From an uncultured Fibrobacterota bacterium (GTDB taxonomy: Bacteria > Fibrobacterota > Chitinivibrionia > Chitinivibrionales > FEN-1185): a DNA stretch of 64,000 nt. Under the pieces are notes generated by a model. It was not told the origin of the DNA, searched no databases, and saw only the letters and a program-made list of their open reading frames with translations. Positions 31,374-39,356 of the stretch are shown piece by piece. The stretch covers positions 164,179 through 228,178 of the forward strand of contig CAVWBU010000032.1 in the NCBI GenBank assembly GCA_963753345.1. The letters are read 5' to 3'. The translations under genes and the position numbers were made by a program. Positions within the stretch are counted from its first letter, which is position 1. Each line of letters opens with the position of its first letter.

Positions 31374-32216
31374 ATGTCGATATTCTTTTGCAAGTCGTTA
31401 CCAACCGTTTCTATTGTGATTTTCTTTTTGTCTTTCTGGGGTTGCGGTAAGAATCCAGCTGCACCAATGAATGTGGTGCAAACAATAGTGATGAAGGACA
31501 TTCCAGCCGGGACGTTTACCATGGGATCATCGGATACTGTGGATGGTCCTGTCGCTTCTCCGCCTCATCAGGTTACGTTGAGTGCGTTTAAGATGTCGGA
31601 GACCGATGTAACGCAGGAGCAGTATCTGGCGGTGATGGAAACGAACCCATCGTATTTTGATACGGGAACAGGCGCATCACTGAGGCCGGTTGAGAAAGTG
31701 AGTTGGCACGACGCTGTGAAATACTGCAACGCTTTAAGCCTGCTTTCCGGCCTTACCGCAGTGTATGATACATCAGCGTGGACAGCGGACTTTTCGAAAA
31801 CCGGATACCGATTGCCAACGGAGGCGCAGTGGGAATACGCCTGCCGTGCAGGGTCAACTACAGAATTCTGGTGGGGGCCTGATACAAATGGCATGGGGGC
31901 GCGTACATGGTCGTATTATAACAGCGGCGGCACAACTCACCCTGTCGCAACAAAGCTGGCGAATGCTTATGGACTGTACGATATGACGGGGAATGTGTGG
32001 CAGTGGTGTAACGACTGGTATGGGGATTATACGGCGGGAGCGGCAACTGATCCGACTGGTGCTTCAACTGGGACGTACCGCGTTCTGCGTGGGGGCTCGT
32101 GGTTCAGCGACGACGGCGGAGGCGGCGTCGGCTTCCGTTCTGCGTTTCGTTACGTCAGCAACCCGGCGGCCTACGGGCACGAAGACCAGGGGTTTCGTGT
32201 TGTGCTTCCCCGGTAG
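31374..32216 (+). CDS. Formylglycine-generating enzyme (FGE/CLec fold) lipoprotein, candidate DGR target
   Basis: Lipobox-like WGC; IPAGTFTMGS, YRLPTEAQWEYACRAG, NAYGLYDMTGNVWQWC.DWY, RVLRGGSW...GFRVV. Confidence 0.92.
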   Translation: MSIFFCKSLPTVSIVIFFLSFWGCGKNPAAPMNVVQTIVMKDIPAGTFTMGSSDTVDGPVASPPHQVTLSAFKMSETDVTQEQYLAVMETNPSYFDTGTGASLRPVEKVSWHDAVKYCNALSLLSGLTAVYDTSAWTADFSKTGYRLPTEAQWEYACRAGSTTEFWWGPDTNGMGARTWSYYNSGGTTHPVATKLANAYGLYDMTGNVWQWCNDWYGDYTAGAATDPTGASTGTYRVLRGGSWFSDDGGGGVGFRSAFRYVSNPAAYGHEDQGFRVVLPR

Positions 32217-32339
32217 AATTTATCTGACACTCCCGTCTTTTTCGATCCGGGGTGCGAAAGCGCCTCGGATCGTTTTACGAAATGGACTCCTGTGAGGGAT
32301 GTGTCCCATGAAGGAAAGACCGTTTCGACCTAAAATCCG

Positions 32340-32613
32340 AGTGTACACTTAGTGTACACTTTTTCGTAGTACTTGGTAGTATTTGGTAGTACTTGGAGTT
32401 GAAGGCAGAAAACAAAAAAGCCCCCAAACTGCTTAAATCTTGCAAATTTGGGGACTTTTTTGGTACACCATTCAGGATTCGAACCTGAGACCTACTGATT
32501 AAGAGTCAAAAGTTCCGAAAAGTAAAATAAGCTATAAGTGTTTGATGCAGCAAAATATCGCAGGGTCGGAACAAGATGGTCGCAGTGGTCAAATGTACAC
32601 TTAATGTACACTT
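32340..32613 (-). other. attP-like site: 3' half of tRNA-Lys(CTT) at 32461-32508 with paired arm repeats on both sides
   Basis: Minus strand TGACTCTTAATCAGTAGGTCTCAGGTTCGAATCCTGAATGGTGTACCA; AGTGTACACT x2 at 32340, GTAGTAYTTG x3, AATGTACACTT x2 at 32592. Confidence 0.85.
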
Positions 32614-32674
32614 TTTAAGAAGAATTGTGCCTATTGTTTCGAGAACACCACATGGGGCGCGAAACAGCCCTTTC

Positions 32675-34120
32675 CTACCGCGGCGGATTTATCGCCAGTT
32701 TTTCTATCCCGCTCTTCACCACTTTCTGGTTAAGCTTGTCAACAGCGATCACCTGGTACAGGTACACACCTGGCGAAAGTCTGTTGCCGAAATTGTCCCT
32801 TCCGTCAAACAACTCGCCACGCCTGGCGTCTTTGAACACCCGCACCAGGCGGCCGGACAGCGTGAACAGTCGTATGGAGACCACGACCTGGTCCTGATCA
32901 TTCACCGTCACGGTTTTCGACAGGTCGTAGTAGAAGGAGCTCGACTGCCCCATCGCCATCGGGTTCGGGTAGGTAAACACGTGGTACAGCGCCAGGTCTT
33001 CCTGCGCGATAACGTCAAAAGCGACGCTTCGCTTCGCCACATTGCCGAGAAGGTCCTGCGCGGTGATGTTCATGGAATAGGAACCCGGCGTCATTGTCCC
33101 GGCGTCAAAGGTCCAGCTTGCAGTGCCGCGCCGGTAGTCCCCCTGTCCGAATTGAAACTTGTGATCGATGTTGGTGCGGGCGACAATGCCGGGAACCTCA
33201 AACGTTATTCCCTCGTCCGGCCCGGTGGAAACCGCGTCGATGCCGCTGGAATCGAACAGCATTATTTCGATTGTCAAGGGGAGCGGCGCCGTTATCTTGT
33301 CGGTGAACGAAGCGCCCGTGCTCGACGCGGCGGCCGAGGTCGCGGTCCCGCCCTGATACACCGGCCGGACCGATATCGCCGGGCCCACGGTATCCGAGAT
33401 CTTGGTGGAAGAAAACCCGTGGAAAATGAATCCGCTGTTGCTGCCGAGCGCAACGCTGTCGCCGAGCCAGCCGTACCCGGTGAGCCGGATGCCGGGGGTG
33501 TTGAAGGTGACGTTCTTGGGCAGGAGAATATGCTGATTGAGCGTGCCACTCACAATCTGCGTCTGGCCCGCGAAGATCGGGGCGCCGGGCGTCCGGGTCC
33601 AGATACACAAAAAAATCCTCAATACACCTGTCGCTGATTTCCGCTACCGGGAGAAAGCTTGTGTCCTGGGTCGCGATATTCCGGTAATCGTAATGACCAT
33701 GGCCCATCAGCACCACGTAGTCGAACGCCGTGTGCCATTGGGAAGCCATGTTGGCGCGCACATACTCAAGGCAGTTGCGCAATGCCGAGGGATCGGTGTT
33801 GCCGCCCGAGAACTGGTTGTAAATGTCGGTAATCGATATGGCCATGGGATTGCCGAATCGTCCGATGTTTTTCTTGTGCCGCGCAAGTGTCTGCGCCTGA
33901 ACCATGAAATTGGGATGCGTTACAATGAGATAGTCAATCGAATCGGGGTAAGGGAACGTGCGCAGGTCCCTTACGGTAAAATTCGACCCGCTCGCGGAAG
34001 GCACCGGCGTCATCACCGGGGCATTGCCCACCGCCTGCTGCGTGCACACGTAGTACCGCACGCCGAGGCCGGCGGTGTCGGTCCACTCGTACGCGGCGCC
34101 GCCCCGACTCCTGTCGGTGG
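32675..34120 (-). pseudogene. PorU / peptidase C25 (T9SS sortase-like) remnant, 5'-truncated and internally deleted
   Basis: DYLIVTHPNF...DIYNQFSGGNTDPSALR...VVLMGHGHYDYR (C25 entry) joined out of frame near 33595 to DTVGPAI...DSSGI...AQDLLGN...YPNPM...IFTLSGRLV...SPGVYLY. Confidence 0.75.
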
Positions 34121-34178
34121 AGGTTCACTTTTGAGTGAAAAGTTGGCATGTCTTAGAACAAATTGAGGGAGGTATGAT

Positions 34179-34763
34179 ATGTTGAAAGGTAAAAATGCAG
34201 TACTTCTCGGGCTGTTTCTACTTTCTACTTGTGGAATGACCAACGCAGCAGATTCTCTCATTGTCCAGTATGTGACATGGTCGACTCAGGCACTAAACTA
34301 TTTTGATTCTTTAAATGTATATCAAAGTGGCAAAGCCGAACTGATAACCGGCAGAGGCACCACGTCAGTAATGAAAACGTACCAGATGACCCAGGCGGAA
34401 ATGAACAATCTTATCGCGCTTTTCACAAATAACAACTATTCTTCATTTGATTCGGCCTATCAGAGCGGGTGCCTGGCCTGCCAGGCCTTTGCCATCGAGT
34501 ATGGCAACAAAAGGGTGTATGGTAATACTACGGGCGGAAGTACCCAACTTGCAAATATCAAAGCCGGGCTGGACTCTCTTGTCAACAAGATCAAAAACGC
34601 TTCGTCCGTTATCTGTGTAAATAACAATTCGGTTGCTGCTCGACCACATCAGGCCCGGCTGCAACTTGTCAATAAGGCCGGATGTTTCCACATTATTGCA
34701 AGGGACGGAAAAACGCAAGGCATGTATTCCGTTCTTGGTCATTTGGTCGCAGGGAGCAATTAG
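34179..34763 (+). CDS. Secreted hypothetical protein
   Basis: GGGAGG RBS, signal peptide, CxxC, short YSVLG tail. Confidence 0.7.
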   Translation: MLKGKNAVLLGLFLLSTCGMTNAADSLIVQYVTWSTQALNYFDSLNVYQSGKAELITGRGTTSVMKTYQMTQAEMNNLIALFTNNNYSSFDSAYQSGCLACQAFAIEYGNKRVYGNTTGGSTQLANIKAGLDSLVNKIKNASSVICVNNNSVAARPHQARLQLVNKAGCFHIIARDGKTQGMYSVLGHLVAGSN

Positions 34764-35039
34764 CCTTGCGGGTTTCTGGAAACCAGAGAAAAGGAGCAGA
34801 TAAGATCACGCCAAGGCTTGTCTGGTCCAGCGGCCTTCCGGCGGGGATAAACCAACGATACGGTTCACCATCCCTCTCCGGCTCTTCGGAGGTTCAATAA
34901 ACTACCGGAGTTTGCCAGACAAGATTCTGGAAAACCCCCGACAGCCGACCTCTGTGTGGATCTAGAATTTTCAGGGTGGCATCCTTCGGAGTAAGAATCT
35001 CACTTTTCAAGCCTGATCGTAGGTGGGACACGAATAGGA

Positions 35040-35280
35040 TCCCGTCCTCCCAACTTGCAAGAAGCCTCGAAATATCGGTACGTACATTAAAGAACTGAGA
35101 GAAAAGTGGATTTTATCCTGCCCCTTACAGGGATCCGCATAGCCACTATCGGTATTATTCGCCGGAGGAGGTGGAGGCGCTGAAGAGAATAAATAGGGTG
35201 TCTTGAAGATGCCTGTTCTTTCTGATTTATATCATCGTAATTTCAGGAAGGCGGCATAACGGATGGTATTTTTCCGTAGG
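35040..35280 (+). pseudogene. MerR-type HTH remnant and island repeat family B (second copy 59769-59892)
   Basis: SSQLARSLEISVRTLKN*EKSGFYPAPYRDPHSHYRYYSPEEVEALKRI with an in-frame stop; 35153-35280 recurs at 59769. Confidence 0.7.
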
Positions 35281-35375
35281 ACGGAGGAAAGGTGGTTCGC
35301 TATCCGATTATGTCCGGGGATTGAGCGAAAAGGATTTGCTGAACGCAAAATAAGGACCACGGGAAAGGGAAAATT

Positions 35376-35810
35376 ATGTTGCCAAAAGAAGAGAAATTGT
35401 ATCCAAGGAAACCGAACCCTGAAAGCTTTGAGGGCAAGCTTGGATTGAGGGAGGGCTCATCGCTTCCGGTCTTTGTAGAGAAGGAAGGCAATGAATTTTT
35501 ATTTGAGTTTTGGACAACTGGCCCGAATGATAAATTTATTGAGGATGAATTCGGCGGGAGCCCAATTTTGAAGAACCAGGAATTATTTGTCGATCTATCG
35601 CGTCTTTGCCTTGCTTTCGGTTGCATCGCACTTAAGATTAGAATTGACGAACACTCCAGAACCCAGCTAACAACACATTTCGATAGCAAAGGTGTTGCTG
35701 TAGACGAAAGAAACGAAAGCATTATTCCTGAAATATGTGAGATTCTTGATAAGCATTCAAATATCCGGGCACTTCTAATGCACAATGTGACTTACCATAA
35801 GACACCATAG
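35376..35810 (+). CDS. Hypothetical protein
   Basis: 144-aa low-GC ORF with purine-rich RBS. Confidence 0.55.
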   Translation: MLPKEEKLYPRKPNPESFEGKLGLREGSSLPVFVEKEGNEFLFEFWTTGPNDKFIEDEFGGSPILKNQELFVDLSRLCLAFGCIALKIRIDEHSRTQLTTHFDSKGVAVDERNESIIPEICEILDKHSNIRALLMHNVTYHKTP

Positions 35811-35879
35811 AAACTGCCTTGCCAGAGGTAATCCGAGTCTGACGTCACCTAAGAAACCACCAAAGCAATTAACCAGCAC

Positions 35880-36347
35880 TTATGGCTTCACCAGCCTTAT
35901 CCTTGTTGCCGTTCCCCTGTCTCCGCCAACGGCGACCAGAAAGAGACCGGCTCCGGGAATTTCCCTCATATCAACGATAATCAAACTGTTGTCGACTTTG
36001 GCGAACGACATGTTTTTAACGAGCTGCCCGGCCACGTTAAAGAAACGGACCCAGACTCTTCCTCCGGTTGGTTCCCCAAGATGCAGCTCAACCTTGCCCG
36101 AGTGGATGTCTACCCGAAGAACTGGATTCGCATTCCCAACCGAGGGCTTTTCAATCACTGAAGACCCGTATGCAGCGCCGTTGCAGAATTTTGACAGAGC
36201 ACGCACATAGGCGGCTTGATAGTAAATTCCATTCTCGGTCACTTCCCACGAATCCTGCGGCCAGCCCGTGTTCCAGTCCCTATAGGATTTCTGGATCGGC
36301 TGCCCCTGCGGCGGTGAAAGCGTGACGCAAAGCGGGTTACTTTTCAT
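35880..36347 (-). pseudogene. C-terminal fragment of a GH9 glycoside hydrolase with T9SS-like tail
   Basis: PP.GQPIQKSYRDWNTGWPQDSWEVTENGIYYQAAYVRALSKF resembles the GH9 C-terminus; tail FNVAGQLV...GAGLFLV. Confidence 0.7.
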
Positions 36348-36370
36348 CTATTCCCCCCTTTGTACGTGCT

Positions 36371-36583
36371 ATGGGAAAAATATATCCTCGTCTTAACAAA
36401 CAGCTATATCAGTGCAATCGACGGGGTCTCATCACGGTTGGCGAGCTTTGTAAACGGCTCGGGATCGGGCAGACGACTTGCTATCGATATGAGGGCGTGC
36501 CTTATCGGACCTGCAAAGCGAAAAGGCAAGATACGATCAGGGAAACGGGAAGCTCGGTCGGGGAAGGTAATGGTTGGCTATAA
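36371..36583 (+). pseudogene. MerR/Xis-type HTH remnant, island repeat family D (second copy 48538-48598)
   Basis: LITVGELCKRLGIGQTTCYRYEG; about 60 bp repeated at 48538. Confidence 0.65.
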
Positions 36584-36827
36584 TCCTTTGCGGCTTATTA
36601 TCTCGATTTCTTGCAAAAGGAATTTACGTTGGGTTGAAGAAACGAAACAAAAAGCCATGTCTTAACTTAGCTGACACAAAACATAAATAATTACTAAATG
36701 AAGATACTAATATTTATGTAAGATGCTGATTAATAAGGTTAAAAGTAACAAATATGCTGACAATAAAATGGCAATTTAACAAAAAATCGTCACATTTTTG
36801 ATAAATATATGGTAAATTATCAGTAGC

Positions 36828-37661
36828 ATGAAAAGCCTTTTCAGTTATACCGACTACCGCGAATTTCTCAAGGACTACTATGAGTCCCGAAAAAAGGACG
36901 ATCCTCACTTTTCACACCGTTTCATTGCCGCCAAGGTGGGGTTCGACTCAGGGTATTTCACGAAGATCCTGCAGGGCACGCGCAACATCTCATCCGTGTT
37001 CATTTCCAAATTTGCCGAATTTCTTGGGCTCAAGGTCAAAGAAACTGAATACTTCGAGGCGCTCGTGCTTTTCAATCAGGCAAGAAGCTTTGCCGAAAAG
37101 AAACGGAACCTCGAAAAGCTCCTCTCGTTTAGGAAAACCGACTCCCGGTTACTCAGCAAGCATCAATACGAGTTGTTTGATAAATGGTATTATATGGCCG
37201 TGCGGGAAATCCTGGCGTTTTATCCGTTTGATGGCGACCATGAAGCATTAGCGAAGCTCACGGTCCCTGTGATATTGCCCAAAGAGGCGAAAAAAGCGAT
37301 TTCCGTGCTTGAAAAGGCAGGGCTGGTCCGCAAGAGCGAATCCGGCGTGTACGAGCGCGTTGAACCGGTGTGGACAACCGGTCCCGAGGTGCAATCTGTT
37401 GCTCTTGTCAATTTACACCGAGCTATGGCCGACCTGGGGAAAGACGCGTTCGACCGGTTCGAGCGGAAAACACGCAGCATGTCCACGCTTACCCTCAGTA
37501 TTTCGGAGCGAGAATACAAGTTAATCGAGGCCGAGATTGCGGCGCTGCGGCACAAATTGCTCGCAATGGCGCAATCGTGTGAAAAGCCGGACAGGGTGTA
37601 CCAGTGCAATTTCAATGTGTTCCCTCTGTCAAAGCTGCCCGACGTCAAGGAGAAGTCGTGA
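36828..37661 (+). CDS. TIGR02147-family protein (Fibrobacter paralogous family, HTH plus DUF4423)
   Basis: F.YTDYREFLKDYYE..K...FSHRFIA..G...G.RN, EYFEALV.FNQA, KWYYMAVRE, R.MSTLT.SIS, DRVYQCNFNVFPLS. Confidence 0.92.
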   Translation: MKSLFSYTDYREFLKDYYESRKKDDPHFSHRFIAAKVGFDSGYFTKILQGTRNISSVFISKFAEFLGLKVKETEYFEALVLFNQARSFAEKKRNLEKLLSFRKTDSRLLSKHQYELFDKWYYMAVREILAFYPFDGDHEALAKLTVPVILPKEAKKAISVLEKAGLVRKSESGVYERVEPVWTTGPEVQSVALVNLHRAMADLGKDAFDRFERKTRSMSTLTLSISEREYKLIEAEIAALRHKLLAMAQSCEKPDRVYQCNFNVFPLSKLPDVKEKS

Positions 37662-39295
37662 TTGCTGTGAGACGGATACTCTGCACCGCCGTGGCGCTGT
37701 GCCTGTCGGCGACGATGCGATGCACAACGCATTCCACTGCGTCCGGCGGGGGCGGCATCGAAACCGTTGCGCTTGTTGGGCACGCACGGCTTGTCGACAA
37801 CTCCATCCCGGCAAACGCGGCAGTCTTCATACGGCCTGCCGGTTTTCTGGCCGGTGCGGACCTTCAGGCGGTGATGGCGAATGCTTCGGTTGACCAACGC
37901 GGCGATTTCCGCCTGGATTCAGTTGCTCCCGGCCCATATGTTGTAGAAGTCAACGATATGTCGCGCAACAGTGGGATACTCGCCTTCAGCGTGGTTGTGT
38001 CTGGCGGCGGAACCCTTGACATCGGCACGGATACGATTCGTCCTTATGCGACCATTTCCGGGGTTGTTCTGCTTCCATCCGGATTCGGAGCGAAAACTTT
38101 TGTGCAGGTGTTCAGCTTACAGCGCCTCGTGCAAACTGATTCCAACGGTGCATATGTTCTATCCAACATGCCCGCGGGCGTCTTTAGACTGAGGATTGTC
38201 GGGCCGGGTGGGGACGTCGGCTACCGCGATACCTCGGATATCGAGGCGAGAAGCGGTCTGGTCACCGCCATTGCCCCGGTTTCGATGTTCACGTTCGCAT
38301 CTGAAGACTATTCGAGCTGGAAGTATTCGAGGCGCATTGCGCTCAACACCACTGCTGGCGGCGCAAACGTGGTTGCAAACGTGGCGAATTTTCCACTGCT
38401 GGTTAAATTGACAAGTGCAAATTTCGATTTCTCTCAGGCAAACGCGGACGACGCCGATGTTCGGTTTGCAGATGCACAGGGCGGTCACCTGCACTACGAG
38501 ATTGCGCGATTCGACAAGAACCTATTGGCCGCAGAAATTTGGGTTCTGCTCGACACGGTTATGGGTAGCTCAAACACTCAAGCTATAACAATCTTTTGGG
38601 GTAGGCCCGACCTCACTAACTGGTCCAGCGGCGCTGCGGTGTTTTCCCCGTCGCTCGGATACGCCGCGGTCTGGCACCTTGATTCGCTCGTCGACGCCAC
38701 CGGCGACGGCAACTCGCTTGTCAATGAAGGTGCAACAGCGGGGGCCGGGATATCCGGATCCGGATTTGCGCTCAACGGCGCAGACCAGTATCTCACCTGC
38801 GGTCCGTCCGCAAGCCTCAACATGGCGGCAAGCAACCTCACCATTGTTGTATGGGAGCGGTCTACCGACCACTGGTCAACCGAGCGCATGCTGTTTGAGC
38901 ATGATGTCTGGCCAAACTCCGGAACTTATGGATTCAGCACACGCAACGACAGCATCCTGTCCTTCGATTTTCCCAGCGCCCAGGCCGAAGTTCGAGGATG
39001 GCAGGGCTCCAACAGCGACGGCGCGTGGCATTGCCTTGCTGCAACCCTCAACGATGGCATTGACACAGGAAGAATATACCGCGACGGGGCGCTCATTCAC
39101 GCCGACACGGTGCGAAGCTCTATTGGGTCAAGCGTGGCGTCATCGTACATAGGCTGCAGGGGCGGCGTTGAACGGTTTTTCAAGGGTGACATCGACGAGG
39201 TGTGGGTAATGAACCGGGAAATGCCCGCAGCCTGGTTCAAGTTGCTCTATGAGAATATTCGGGAGAATCAGAGCCTTTATACCGTATCGCCCTAA
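37658..39295 (+). CDS. Lipoprotein with DUF2341 and LamG/ConA-like domains
   Basis: C...GGGGIET motif, W.YSRRI.LNTT.GGANV...NFPLLV.L...NFDFSQA..D..DVRF, AVWHL, FKGDIDEV; GTGA overlap with the upstream stop. Confidence 0.85.
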   Translation: MIAVRRILCTAVALCLSATMRCTTHSTASGGGGIETVALVGHARLVDNSIPANAAVFIRPAGFLAGADLQAVMANASVDQRGDFRLDSVAPGPYVVEVNDMSRNSGILAFSVVVSGGGTLDIGTDTIRPYATISGVVLLPSGFGAKTFVQVFSLQRLVQTDSNGAYVLSNMPAGVFRLRIVGPGGDVGYRDTSDIEARSGLVTAIAPVSMFTFASEDYSSWKYSRRIALNTTAGGANVVANVANFPLLVKLTSANFDFSQANADDADVRFADAQGGHLHYEIARFDKNLLAAEIWVLLDTVMGSSNTQAITIFWGRPDLTNWSSGAAVFSPSLGYAAVWHLDSLVDATGDGNSLVNEGATAGAGISGSGFALNGADQYLTCGPSASLNMAASNLTIVVWERSTDHWSTERMLFEHDVWPNSGTYGFSTRNDSILSFDFPSAQAEVRGWQGSNSDGAWHCLAATLNDGIDTGRIYRDGALIHADTVRSSIGSSVASSYIGCRGGVERFFKGDIDEVWVMNREMPAAWFKLLYENIRENQSLYTVSP

Positions 39296-39356
39296 GTCCC
39301 CTTCGGGGGATTTGGCGAGCGCACTGAGCCGAACGATTCCAGGGAAAGGACCAGTC

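Noticed and set aside
31278-32340. A complete DGR in this window
   Set aside because: No reverse transcriptase, Avd or AAC-rich template repeat seen; only the target side is supported.
25806-32508. Arg(ACG) and Lys(CTT) sequences as functional or split tRNAs
   Set aside because: No D-arm or 5' acceptor strand, and no matching 5' halves seen in the window.
35090-35105. In-frame TGA in the MerR-like remnant as selenocysteine or recoded Trp
   Set aside because: Other genes use TGG for Trp and TGA as stop; the locus is a decayed fragment.
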